Part shown: positions 28,031-38,120 of the stretch, piece after piece
How the letters are laid out: the number at the start of each line of letters is the position of its first letter
How positions within the stretch are numbered: position 1 is the stretch's first letter
DNA from: an uncultured Eudoraea sp.
Lineage (GTDB): Bacteria; Bacteroidota; Bacteroidia; Flavobacteriales; Flavobacteriaceae
Direction of reading: 5' to 3'
DNA: 64,000 bases
Assembly (NCBI RefSeq): GCF_947258925.1
Contig: NZ_CAMYKG010000013.1
Coordinates: forward strand, 44,313-108,312
Translations under genes and position numbers: made by a program
Notes under the pieces: model-generated
The model's input: the letters and a program-made list of their open reading frames with translations, nothing else
Told to the model about the DNA's origin: nothing
Database searches by the model: none

Positions 28031-28294
28031 TCAGGCTGTCCTCGGTTTCAAAGAGTCCAAAAAGCTGGTTTTTTTCTTTTTTTCTATTGCTCGATCAAAC
28101 GGCTCGTTGGGTCGTTTTATGGAGTCCGATTTTGGTTTTAAACCCCTTTCTTTCTTAGTATGCTTATGGGGTATGGTATCTGTAATAGTATTCTTTTTTG
28201 TCTTTGGCTCATTAAGGTCATTTGAGCGCTGCTTGCAGGAAATAATACATATGAACAAGCATAAAAGCAAGATATGAAAAGGGGCAAATTTCAT
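28031..28294 (-). CDS. hypothetical basic lipoprotein
   Basis: 87-aa ORF with a lipobox-like ...CIISCKQ and a Lys-rich mature part. Confidence 0.4.
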   Translation of the reverse strand: MKFAPFHILLLCLFICIISCKQRSNDLNEPKTKKNTITDTIPHKHTKKERGLKPKSDSIKRPNEPFDRAIEKKKKTSFLDSLKPRTA

Positions 28295-28414
28295 TTGTCT
28301 TTTTTGAAATTAATTATTAAATAAAAATTGGTTTATTGGCCGGGTATTTATTGAATATCAGCTTCGTTAGCCGGATTTTTATATAGTGGTTATAATCCGA
28401 TGAGCAACAGATAG

Positions 28415-29734
28415 CTATAGTAATGTACGTATATGGTTCATCACTTGGATGCTGGCCCCCTTGTTTTCAGAAATGTAGGTTGCATTTATATTCCCCGCCT
28501 TAAATCTGAAATTGGAATCTAACCGCAGTTTGTCTGCTATTTGCCCAAATTCAGTTGTATCTTTAACAGGAAAGATACCCCTTAGATTTACTAATTCCTG
28601 AGCTTCTTTAAATCCTTCATATTCAGGACCTGTGATTACCGGGATGCCAAACACGGCAGGTTCCAGGGTGTTATGCAACCCTCCTCTTGTGAATCCCCCT
28701 CCCACATAAGCCATATCTGCATAGCTATATATTTTGGTCAATAGCCCAATGGTATCTATAATGAGAACTTCAGGGTCTCCCGAAACAACTTCAGTATTTT
28801 CCGAAAATAAAGCCGTTCTTTTGGTTATTTTTTGTTTAAGTCGCTCTATATCTTTTGCAACAATATTATGAGGGGCAATAACATATTTTATTTCATGTGA
28901 AGTTGAATTGATATATTCCACCAATATTGCCTCATCCTCGGGCCATGTACTGCCCAAAACAAAGCAAAGTGAAGATTTTTTAAAACTATCCATAAAGTCG
29001 AGCTTATTATCCTGGACCAGGATTTCAGAAACCCTGTCAAATCTTGTATCTCCACTTATTGTGGTATTGTATAAATTAATAGTATTCAATAATTTTTTTG
29101 ATTCAATATCCTGAATAAAAAAATGGGAAAATGTATTCAAGGCTTTTCTCATAAATCCCCCATACCATTTGAAATAGATTTGATTACTTTTAAAAATTCC
29201 GGAAATCAGTATTGTGGGGACTCCATTATTACGAAGTTCCCGGAGTAAATTAGGCCAAATCTCATATTTTATGAAAATAGCCAACTTAGGATCCAACAGC
29301 TTAATGAATTTCTTCATATTGCCGGGAGTATCCATTGGAAGATAGGTTACAAAATCTGCCTTTGACGTATGCTTCTTCACTTCAAATCCGGAAGGAGAAA
29401 AAAAAGAGACTACAATTTTATTTTCGGGATATTCGGCTTTTAATTTATCTATTACCGGCAGGCCTTGTTCAAATTCGCCTAGCGAAGCGGCATGTATCCA
29501 AATAGTACGATCATTTTCCGAAATATGATTTTTTAATTCCGTAAAAACGTTTTTTCTTCCATTAATGAATAGCCTGATTTTGGAATTGAAAAGAGCAATA
29601 ATATGAAGAAAAAAGAAGGCAACATAAATTGCGAAATTATAGAAGATATTCACGTACCAGGATTTTACTGCTAAAATACGCTTCTTTGTTAAATTACATT
29701 GGCTGCGGTTCCTTATTTTTGTATTATTGTTCAC
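28415..29734 (-). CDS. waaA: 3-deoxy-D-manno-octulosonic acid (Kdo) transferase
   Basis: 439-aa ORF with IWIHAASLGEFEQGLPV and a glycosyltransferase C-terminal domain. The true start may be the GTG at 29653 (VNIFYNFAIY...), since the ATG at 29734 leaves only 13 bp before the divergent gene. Confidence 0.86.
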   Translation of the reverse strand: MNNNTKIRNRSQCNLTKKRILAVKSWYVNIFYNFAIYVAFFFLHIIALFNSKIRLFINGRKNVFTELKNHISENDRTIWIHAASLGEFEQGLPVIDKLKAEYPENKIVVSFFSPSGFEVKKHTSKADFVTYLPMDTPGNMKKFIKLLDPKLAIFIKYEIWPNLLRELRNNGVPTILISGIFKSNQIYFKWYGGFMRKALNTFSHFFIQDIESKKLLNTINLYNTTISGDTRFDRVSEILVQDNKLDFMDSFKKSSLCFVLGSTWPEDEAILVEYINSTSHEIKYVIAPHNIVAKDIERLKQKITKRTALFSENTEVVSGDPEVLIIDTIGLLTKIYSYADMAYVGGGFTRGGLHNTLEPAVFGIPVITGPEYEGFKEAQELVNLRGIFPVKDTTEFGQIADKLRLDSNFRFKAGNINATYISENKGASIQVMNHIRTLL

Positions 29735-29747
29735 TTAACAAGCACTT

Positions 29748-30902
29748 ATGAAAAAGCTACAAATGGTAGACCTGATAGGTCAATACCAGGGGATTAAAAA
29801 ACAAGTAGATGAGTCCATATCACACATATTGAATTCTGCTGCTTTTATAAATGGGCCGGAGGTGCATGCTTTTCAAAAAGAACTGGAAGAATATTTACAG
29901 GTGAAGCATGTAATTCCATGCGCCAATGGCACAGATGCCCTTCAAATCGCCATGATGGGTCTTGGGCTTCAGCCAGGTGATGAAATTATAACGGCCGATT
30001 TTACCTTTGCCGCCACGGTTGAAGTTATAGCCTTATTAAGATTAACACCGGTATTAGTTGATGTTGAACCTGACACCTTCAATATTGACCCTCTGGCAAT
30101 AGAAAAGGCCATCACCCCTAAAACGAAGGCTATCGTGCCCGTCCATCTTTTTGGGCAGTGTGCAAATATGGAAGCCATAATGGAAATAGCTGAAAAACAT
30201 GATCTTTTTGTAATTGAAGATAACGCCCAGGCAATTGGGGCGGATTATACCTTTAAAGATGGAACAAAGAAAAAAGCCGGTGGCATTGCACATGTGGCTT
30301 CCACATCATTTTTTCCATCCAAAAATCTTGGTTGTTATGGCGATGGCGGAGCTATATTTACAAATGATGATGACCTGGCACATACTATTCGGGGAATCGT
30401 AAATCACGGCATGTATACCCGCTACCATCATGATGTTGTTGGTGTAAATTCAAGGTTGGATACAATTCAGGCAGCCGTATTAAGGGCAAAACTTCCCCGA
30501 CTCAACTCCTATTGTAATAAGCGCAGGGAAGCCGCGCGTAAATACATGAAGGCTTTTCAGGGACAAGAGCATATTGTCCTGCCTAAAACAGGAATCAGCT
30601 GCAACGGATTTTGTGAAAACTGTGATTGTCATGTTTTTCATCAATTTACCATACGAATTATGAATGGCAAAAGGGATTTGTTAGCCGATCATCTAGCCCA
30701 AAAGAATATCCCATTCGGAATTTATTATCCAATTCCTTTACATAAACAAAAGGCTTACGCAGATTCGCGGTATAATGAATCAGATTTTACGGTAACCAAT
30801 GAACTTGTTAAAGAGGTAATATCACTACCGATGCACACAGAACTGGAGGATGATCAGATCTCATTTATTACACAAACGGTAATTAAATTCTTAAAAGATT
30901 GA
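29748..30902 (+). CDS. DegT/DnrJ/EryC1/StrS family sugar aminotransferase
   Basis: 384-aa PLP-aminotransferase-like ORF (NGTDALQIA..., SFFPSKNLG with the PLP lysine). Confidence 0.9.
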   Translation: MKKLQMVDLIGQYQGIKKQVDESISHILNSAAFINGPEVHAFQKELEEYLQVKHVIPCANGTDALQIAMMGLGLQPGDEIITADFTFAATVEVIALLRLTPVLVDVEPDTFNIDPLAIEKAITPKTKAIVPVHLFGQCANMEAIMEIAEKHDLFVIEDNAQAIGADYTFKDGTKKKAGGIAHVASTSFFPSKNLGCYGDGGAIFTNDDDLAHTIRGIVNHGMYTRYHHDVVGVNSRLDTIQAAVLRAKLPRLNSYCNKRREAARKYMKAFQGQEHIVLPKTGISCNGFCENCDCHVFHQFTIRIMNGKRDLLADHLAQKNIPFGIYYPIPLHKQKAYADSRYNESDFTVTNELVKEVISLPMHTELEDDQISFITQTVIKFLKD

Positions 30903-30957
30903 TCCTGGCATTCAATTGAAAGCAAGTGTACCATCTATTTAAACTAATACTAGCTAT

Positions 30958-31974
30958 ATGAAAATACTGGTAACCGGCGGACTCGGATTTATTGGTTCAC
31001 ATACCGTTGTTGAGTTACAAAATTCCGGATATGAAGTTGTAATTATCGACAATTGTTCTAATTCATCTGAAAATGTATTAGATGGCATTGCTGCCATTAC
31101 AGGGAGGAGACCGGTCTTTGAGAAAATTGATCTTCGTGAAAAAGAAAAGGTTCAGGATTTTTTCAAAAGACATTCAGATGTACAAGGAACCATACATTTT
31201 GCAGCTTCCAAAGCTGTGGGTGAAAGTGTTGAAAAACCCTTGTTGTATTATGAAAATAATCTTAGTACACTTATTTACATCCTTCAGGAATTGACTGCTA
31301 AAAAAGCGCAGAGTTTTATTTTTAGTTCCTCGTGCACCGTTTATGGTCAGGCAAGTAAAATGCCTATTACGGAGGATGCCCCTGTGCAAAAAGCGGAATC
31401 GCCTTACGGTAATACAAAACAGATAGGAGAAGAGATCATAATTGACACCTGTAAAGTAAATCAAGAATTACAGGCCATTTCTTTAAGGTATTTTAATCCA
31501 ATGGGCGCACATCCCAGTTCAGAGATTGGTGAACTTCCCATAGGTGTTCCTCAAAATCTGGTTCCTTTTATTACTCAAACCGGGGTTGGATTAAGGGATC
31601 AACTTTCTGTATTTGGCGGTGACTACCCAACACCTGATGGAACCTGTATAAGGGATTATATTCACGTAGTGGATTTGGCAAAGGCACATGTGGTAGCCCT
31701 GGAACGCTTGTTGGAAGGAAAGAATACTGAGAATTACGAGGTGTATAATGTGGGTACAGGCGAGGGCAGTTCCGTTCTTGAAGTAATCTCCAGTTTTGAG
31801 CGGGTGTCTGGCCTGAAGCTCAACTATTCCATTGTTGACAGAAGGGCGGGTGATATAATCAGCGCATTTGCAGATACCAAAAAAGCCAATAAAATTTTAG
31901 GCTGGGAGGCAAAATCAAGTTTGGACCAGGCTATGAAATCTGCATGGGATTGGGAACAAAAAATCAGGAATTAA
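30958..31974 (+). CDS. galE: UDP-glucose 4-epimerase
   Basis: 338-aa SDR with GGLGFIGSH, YGNTK (YxxxK) and GalE-like sequence throughout. Confidence 0.92.
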   Translation: MKILVTGGLGFIGSHTVVELQNSGYEVVIIDNCSNSSENVLDGIAAITGRRPVFEKIDLREKEKVQDFFKRHSDVQGTIHFAASKAVGESVEKPLLYYENNLSTLIYILQELTAKKAQSFIFSSSCTVYGQASKMPITEDAPVQKAESPYGNTKQIGEEIIIDTCKVNQELQAISLRYFNPMGAHPSSEIGELPIGVPQNLVPFITQTGVGLRDQLSVFGGDYPTPDGTCIRDYIHVVDLAKAHVVALERLLEGKNTENYEVYNVGTGEGSSVLEVISSFERVSGLKLNYSIVDRRAGDIISAFADTKKANKILGWEAKSSLDQAMKSAWDWEQKIRN

Positions 31975-31994
31975 ATACATAAAAACTTTTTAGG

Positions 31995-33269
31995 ATGAAA
32001 AAATTTATAGTTTTAATGACCCTCATGCTTACAGCAAGTATTTATGGGCAAAAAAAGTATATACAATGTGGTAGTTTGTTAGATGTTCTAACGGGCAAAG
32101 TATTGGAAGAGAAAACCATAATTGTCTCGGGAAATAGAATAATGGAGATTCAGGATGGTTTTGTATTAGGTACTTCCGGCGATGAGGTTATAGATTTAAA
32201 GAATAAAGTGGTATTGCCTGGTTTTATTGATATGCATGTGCATATTGAATTCGAATCCGACCCTAAAACATATATTGATAGATTTACCTTAAATGATGCT
32301 GATGTAGCCTTTAGGGCCTCAGTTTATGCCAAAAAAACACTTATGGCTGGTTTTACAACGGTTAGGGATTTAGGTGGAACCGGAGTCAATATAGCCTTAA
32401 GAAATGCAATTAACAAGGAATTGGTTATTGGACCGCGAATATATACGGCGGGTAAAGCAATTGCAACAACCGGGGGACATGCAGATCCAACTAATGGAAG
32501 CAGAAAAGAATTGGCCGGAGACCCGGGTCCTAAAGAGGGGGTGATAAATTCTCCCGAAGATGGAAAAAAAGCAGTACGCCAGCGTTATAAAGAAGGTTCA
32601 GACGTAATTAAAATTACAGCAACTGGTGGTGTACTGAGCGTAGCCAATAGCGGTAAAAACCCCCAATTTACGATTGAAGAAATAAAAGCCGTTACCCAAA
32701 TTGCAAATGATTATGGCATGCTTACGGCGGCACATGCCCATGGCGATGAAGGAATGCAAAGAGCCATAAAAGGAGGCATAAAAACAATAGAACACGGGAG
32801 TTACATGAGTGAAGAAACCATGGAACTAATGAAAGAATACGATGCCTATCTGGTTCCAACAATCACAGCAGGAAAACAAGTAGTTGAAAAGGCAAAAATA
32901 CCGGGGTTTTTTCCAGCTGTTGTTGCTGAGAAAGCCCTTGAAATTGGGCCATTGATCCAAAATACCTTTGCCAAAGCCTATAAAAAAGGAGTAAAAATTG
33001 CATTTGGTACCGATGCAGGGGTTTTCCCCCACGGTATGAATGCAAAAGAATTTGGTTATATGGTTGAGGCTGGGATGCCTGCCGCAGAGGCCCTGCGTTC
33101 TGCCACAATTACCAATGCAGAATTATTGGGCATGAGCAATGAACTTGGACAATTAAAAGCAGGTTTTTTAGCGGATATCATAGCTGTCAATGAAAATCCG
33201 GTTAAGAAAGTTACAACATTGGAAAATGTTGTATTTGTAATGAAAAATGGGATAATCTATTCTAAGTAA
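31995..33269 (+). CDS. secreted amidohydrolase family protein
   Basis: 424-aa ORF with a signal peptide, DMHVHI (HxH), AHAHG and GTDAG motifs. Confidence 0.85.
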   Translation: MKKFIVLMTLMLTASIYGQKKYIQCGSLLDVLTGKVLEEKTIIVSGNRIMEIQDGFVLGTSGDEVIDLKNKVVLPGFIDMHVHIEFESDPKTYIDRFTLNDADVAFRASVYAKKTLMAGFTTVRDLGGTGVNIALRNAINKELVIGPRIYTAGKAIATTGGHADPTNGSRKELAGDPGPKEGVINSPEDGKKAVRQRYKEGSDVIKITATGGVLSVANSGKNPQFTIEEIKAVTQIANDYGMLTAAHAHGDEGMQRAIKGGIKTIEHGSYMSEETMELMKEYDAYLVPTITAGKQVVEKAKIPGFFPAVVAEKALEIGPLIQNTFAKAYKKGVKIAFGTDAGVFPHGMNAKEFGYMVEAGMPAAEALRSATITNAELLGMSNELGQLKAGFLADIIAVNENPVKKVTTLENVVFVMKNGIIYSK

Positions 33270-33298
33270 GTAAGCAAGACTAAGGAGCTAATTATTAT

Positions 33299-33661
33299 AT
33301 GATACCTGAGTTTAATGAAAGTGAAGAGCTAATAAAGTATGCTGATTCTAATAATCTGTATTTAGATCTTGTTTTACAATTAAAAAAGGATTTTGCCCTT
33401 GCTAATTTAACTTTGGATTTACCTGAGGATTGTAATCCAAACGAACTGAAATATCTGCTTCAAAAGAACATTCAGTTCCTTATTGAAGAAAAGTATTCAG
33501 ATTTTATGAATCTCTTATATATAGTGGATTTACCTGAAGATACAACCAGGCAAAATTTAGACGTCGATATAGTAAATGTCAGTGATTTTTATACTTTCCT
33601 TATTTTAAAAAGGCTATGGCAAAAAATATGGTTTAGGCGTCAGTATAATGAGAAAAATTGA
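33299..33661 (+). CDS. hypothetical protein
   Basis: 120-aa ORF. No motif recognised. Confidence 0.45.
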   Translation: MIPEFNESEELIKYADSNNLYLDLVLQLKKDFALANLTLDLPEDCNPNELKYLLQKNIQFLIEEKYSDFMNLLYIVDLPEDTTRQNLDVDIVNVSDFYTFLILKRLWQKIWFRRQYNEKN

Positions 33662-33670
33662 AAATACTTT

Positions 33671-34216
33671 TTAGAAATACATTCTTATAAAGGGCACCCA
33701 GGGATTGGCATAAAGACTTCTGTCATCATGCAATACGTCATATTGTATGCCAAAAGTAACATTCCTTGTACTGTATCCTACACCCAGAAATAGCGATGTT
33801 GTCCAGTAATTTTCATCTAATAGCATGGAAGCGGAGCTATAATTTGTATTCACTCTTAAGGGTTGAAGGATGGCCGATAATTGTATGGGCGGGATTGGAT
33901 TAAAAAAACTCAGGATACTCCCACCGTAAGCCGTAAATTCCGAGTCTCCAAATACAGGGTCTCCAATTTTGGAATACTCAAAATTCAGGGATAAGCCTGT
34001 CGCAAACTTTTCACTTACTTGATAAATGGCACTTGGGGCAAGTGCTATACTAAAGCTTTGATTTCCAAAACCAAGGCCTACAGCACCTCCATATCGGACA
34101 TTGCTCCAAAATTCATTTCGTGGTTTTACGCGTTGTGCGGAACAAATAAAGCCTAACGATAGAACTGCCACTAACAAAATAGTATATTTATGATTCGATA
34201 GAATTTTCAATAACAT
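33671..34216 (-). CDS. hypothetical outer-membrane beta-barrel-like protein
   Basis: 181-aa ORF with a signal peptide, an alternating aromatic and glycine pattern and a C-terminal F. Confidence 0.5.
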   Translation of the reverse strand: MLLKILSNHKYTILLVAVLSLGFICSAQRVKPRNEFWSNVRYGGAVGLGFGNQSFSIALAPSAIYQVSEKFATGLSLNFEYSKIGDPVFGDSEFTAYGGSILSFFNPIPPIQLSAILQPLRVNTNYSSASMLLDENYWTTSLFLGVGYSTRNVTFGIQYDVLHDDRSLYANPWVPFIRMYF

Positions 34217-34314
34217 AGACTATGATTTTTTATTAATACACTCCTATATAATCTCATAAACTATTAATTATTGTATTTTTGACCTTATTTTTTATATCAT
34301 ATTGCTAAGCGTTC

Positions 34315-37134
34315 ATGGATAAATATTCCTTTTTAAATACGGCTCACACCTCTTTTTTTTCAGAGCTATATGACAGGTACCTAACAAATCCTGATAGCAT
34401 AGAACCTAGTTGGCGTGCTTTTTTCCAGGGATTTGATTTTGGAATGGAGAGCGCGTTGGATGAAGTAGGGATTGAAGGAAGTGATGAATTATCTGTTCTT
34501 GTTGACGGGCAATCTGTAACCATACCCGATTCTTTATTAAAAGAATTTAAGGTTGTTAAACTTATTGATGGCTATAGAAGCAGAGGACATTTGTTTACGA
34601 AGACAAATCCTGTCAGGGAAAGAAGAAAATATACACCTACGCTCGATATTGAAAATTTTGGCTTAACCCGGGACGATTTGACAACCGTATTTAATGCGGG
34701 CGAGGTAATTGGGTTAGGACCGAAGGAACTGCGAGAAATTATCAGCCATTTACAGCGTATTTATTGTGATGCAATAGGTGTTGAGTATATGTATATAAGG
34801 AAGCCTGAACGCGTTCAATGGATACAGGATTGGGTAAATATAAACGATAACCACCCGAAATTTGACCGGGACCGAAAAATAGACATCCTCAGAAAACTAA
34901 ATCAGGCGGTGTCATTTGAGGCATTCTTGCATACAAAATATGTGGGTCAAAAAAGATTTTCGCTGGAGGGGAATGAATCACTTATTCCGGCAATAGATGC
35001 AGTTGTGGAAAGAGCTGCCGAAATGGGCGTGAAACAATTTGTAATGGGCATGGCCCACAGGGGAAGGCTTAATGTTTTAACCAACATTTTTGGTAAATCT
35101 CCTAAAGATATATTTAGTGAATTTGACGGAAAAGACTATGCTGAAGAAATTTTTGACGGGGATGTAAAATATCATTTGGGATGGACTTCTCAGCGTATGT
35201 CCGATAATGGGAACAAAATCAATATGAATATTGCACCTAACCCTTCACATTTAGAAACGGTCGGTGCAGTGGTTGAGGGCATTACCAGGGCCAAGCAGGA
35301 TGCTCATTATCCAGGGGATTTTGCCAAAGTTTTGCCTATCGTGGTTCATGGAGATGCTGCTATTGCAGGTCAGGGGATTGCTTATGAACTGGTTCAGATG
35401 GCCCAATTAGACGGATACAGGACCAATGGAACCATTCATATTGTGGTCAATAACCAAATTGGTTTTACCACGAATTACCTGGACGGGAGATCTTCTACAT
35501 ATTGTACTGATGTTGGAAAAGTAACTTTAAGTCCCGTTTTACATGTAAACGCTGATGATGTAGAGGCAGTAGTGCACGCCTCTCTTTTTGCCCTTGAATA
35601 TCGAATGCGATTTGAGGGTGATGTTTTTCTGGATCTGTTGGGATACAGAAAATATGGACATAACGAAGGAGATGAGCCCCGATTTACACAGCCAAAATTG
35701 TATAAAGCGATAGCGAAACATAAGAATCCGAGAGAGATATATGAAGAAAAATTAATTAGTGAGGGAATAATTGATTCAAACTTTGTGAAGGAGCTGGAAT
35801 TGGATTACAAGGCCAGTTTAGAAGAAGAATTAGAGGATTCAAGAAAAGAAACCAAGACCATAATTACTCCTTTTATGGCTGATGAATGGAGCGGTTTTCA
35901 AAATGTTCGTGAATGGGAAATGCTAGACTTTATAGATACTTCATATGATAAGGATAAATTAACAGAAATTGCAAAGGTCATTACCCAGCTTCCTGCAGAT
36001 AAAAAGTTTTTGCGTAAAGTTGAGAGATTGGTTCAGGATCGTAAGAAAATGTTTTTTGAAACGGATAGGCTAGATTGGGCGATGGGTGAATTACTGGCCT
36101 ATGGAACACTTTTAGAAGAGGGTTTCGATGTCAGGATATCGGGTCAGGATGTGGAAAGAGGAACATTTTCTCATCGTCATGCCGTAATGAAAGTAGAGGA
36201 AAGCGAGGAGGAAGTAATGCTGTTGAACAACCTGAATGATAATCAGGGAAGATTTCAGATTTATAATTCACTTTTATCCGAATATGGAGTGGTAGGTTTT
36301 GACTATGGATATGCCATGGCCAGTCCAAATACTTTAACCATTTGGGAAGCCCAGTTTGGAGATTTTAGCAATGGGGCTCAGATTATGATAGATCAATACA
36401 TATCTGCAGCCGAGGATAAATGGAAATTGCAAAACGGTTTGGTCATGCTCCTGCCTCATGGATATGAGGGACAGGGTGCCGAGCATTCCTCAGCAAGAAT
36501 GGAAAGGTATCTTCAACTTTGTGCAAGAGACAATATGTATGTAGCGGACTGCAGCACCCCAGCCAATTTGTTTCATTTGTTCAGAAGACAAATGAAGGCT
36601 AATTTCCGAAAACCTTTGATCGTTTTCACCCCTAAAAGCCTATTGAGACACCCAAAAGCTGTTTCAAGGGTGGAAGATTTTTCCAATGGTAGTTTTCAAG
36701 AGGTAATTGATGACGAAGGTGCAGAAATTAAGAAAGTTAAAAGCCTGGTTTTCTGTACCGGAAAATTTTATTATGACTTGCTTGCCTATAAAGAGGAGCA
36801 CAATCGCAAGGATGTAGCCTTGGTAAGAATAGAGCAATTATTCCCGGTTCCCGAGCAAAAGATAACTGCAGTCATAAGAAAATATGATCAGGCCGATGAA
36901 GTAGTATGGGCACAGGAAGAGCCCAGAAATATGGGTGCGTGGAGTCATATTTTTACACATTACCAGGAGGCACAAAAATTTCGTGTGGCATCAAGACGTT
37001 TTTACGCATCACCGGCTGCCGGGAGTGCCATTAGATCCAGAATGCGCCAACAACAGGTGATTGATTATGTATTTGACAAAACGAAGGATAATATGACCAG
37101 GCGGGTTACCAAAAAAGAGTACAAGAAAAAATGA
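34315..37134 (+). CDS. sucA: 2-oxoglutarate dehydrogenase E1 component
   Basis: 939-aa ORF with the N-terminus SFLNTAHTSFFSELYDRY and SucA-like sequence throughout. Confidence 0.95.
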   Translation: MDKYSFLNTAHTSFFSELYDRYLTNPDSIEPSWRAFFQGFDFGMESALDEVGIEGSDELSVLVDGQSVTIPDSLLKEFKVVKLIDGYRSRGHLFTKTNPVRERRKYTPTLDIENFGLTRDDLTTVFNAGEVIGLGPKELREIISHLQRIYCDAIGVEYMYIRKPERVQWIQDWVNINDNHPKFDRDRKIDILRKLNQAVSFEAFLHTKYVGQKRFSLEGNESLIPAIDAVVERAAEMGVKQFVMGMAHRGRLNVLTNIFGKSPKDIFSEFDGKDYAEEIFDGDVKYHLGWTSQRMSDNGNKINMNIAPNPSHLETVGAVVEGITRAKQDAHYPGDFAKVLPIVVHGDAAIAGQGIAYELVQMAQLDGYRTNGTIHIVVNNQIGFTTNYLDGRSSTYCTDVGKVTLSPVLHVNADDVEAVVHASLFALEYRMRFEGDVFLDLLGYRKYGHNEGDEPRFTQPKLYKAIAKHKNPREIYEEKLISEGIIDSNFVKELELDYKASLEEELEDSRKETKTIITPFMADEWSGFQNVREWEMLDFIDTSYDKDKLTEIAKVITQLPADKKFLRKVERLVQDRKKMFFETDRLDWAMGELLAYGTLLEEGFDVRISGQDVERGTFSHRHAVMKVEESEEEVMLLNNLNDNQGRFQIYNSLLSEYGVVGFDYGYAMASPNTLTIWEAQFGDFSNGAQIMIDQYISAAEDKWKLQNGLVMLLPHGYEGQGAEHSSARMERYLQLCARDNMYVADCSTPANLFHLFRRQMKANFRKPLIVFTPKSLLRHPKAVSRVEDFSNGSFQEVIDDEGAEIKKVKSLVFCTGKFYYDLLAYKEEHNRKDVALVRIEQLFPVPEQKITAVIRKYDQADEVVWAQEEPRNMGAWSHIFTHYQEAQKFRVASRRFYASPAAGSAIRSRMRQQQVIDYVFDKTKDNMTRRVTKKEYKKK

Positions 37135-38096
37135 GGATAACTATTATCTTATTGCTATTTTTTTCTTTTAACAATTCCTTCTGTCAGGGAGAACAATCTT
37201 CTTATGCCCGACTTGTTACAATATTTACAGAACGGTTTAACGGTGGTGATTATGACGGCATCTATGAATTGTATGACAGCGGCATGAAAAACGCTTTCAC
37301 ACGTATCCAAACCAGGAATTTTTTTGAGAACAATGTGAATAGGATAATGGGCAATATCAGGTCCATGGATTTTTTTACCATCAGGGAAGGAGCACACGTT
37401 TACAGGGTTATTTTTGATAGATCTATAGCAGATTTAACAATTTCATTAAACGCTCAGAGCAAAATAAGCGGCTTGTCAATCGCTCCTCCACAACCTTTGC
37501 AAAACCAAATCCTTGAAAGGAATATCACCCCAATGAGTTTGCCCTTCAATGGAGAATGGTTTGTATTTTGGGGAGGATTAACAGAGGCCCAGAATGTACA
37601 TATCAAAGAAGTCAGTCAACAGTTTGCTTATGATATGTTGAAAGTAAAGGATGGGGCTTCTTATGAAGGAGATCCTTCCAAAAATGAAAATTATTTTGCC
37701 TTTGGCGAAGAAGTTATAGCTCCATGTGACGCCCGGGTGGTGTTGGTTTTAGATGGCATAAAAGACAATGTTCCAGGAGTAGTAAATCCTGATCAGCTTG
37801 CAGGGAATCATATCGTATTGCAGACAACGAATGAAGAGTATGTTGTCTTAGCGCATTTAAAAGAGGGTTCTATAGTTGTGGAAGAAGGACAAGACGTGCT
37901 GCAGGGAGAGTTGTTGGCATTCTGTGGTAATTCGGGCAACTCTACAGAACCGCATCTGCATCTGAGTTTACAGAATACCCTGGTTGAGGAAGATGGTGTT
38001 GGCGCAAAATTATTTTTCGACCGCATATTCGTCAATGGAGAAATTAGAGTAGATTACCTTCCGGTAAAGGAGGATTTTGTTAGGAATAGTATTTAA
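37131..38096 (+). CDS. secreted M23 family metallopeptidase
   Basis: 321-aa ORF with a signal peptide and the C-terminal motifs HIVLQT...LAHL and GNSGNSTEPHLHLSLQ (HxH). Its ATG overlaps the sucA stop (ATGA). Confidence 0.85.
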   Translation: MRITIILLLFFSFNNSFCQGEQSSYARLVTIFTERFNGGDYDGIYELYDSGMKNAFTRIQTRNFFENNVNRIMGNIRSMDFFTIREGAHVYRVIFDRSIADLTISLNAQSKISGLSIAPPQPLQNQILERNITPMSLPFNGEWFVFWGGLTEAQNVHIKEVSQQFAYDMLKVKDGASYEGDPSKNENYFAFGEEVIAPCDARVVLVLDGIKDNVPGVVNPDQLAGNHIVLQTTNEEYVVLAHLKEGSIVVEEGQDVLQGELLAFCGNSGNSTEPHLHLSLQNTLVEEDGVGAKLFFDRIFVNGEIRVDYLPVKEDFVRNSI

Positions 38097-38120
38097 AGAA
38101 ACCATTATAAAATTTAAGGC

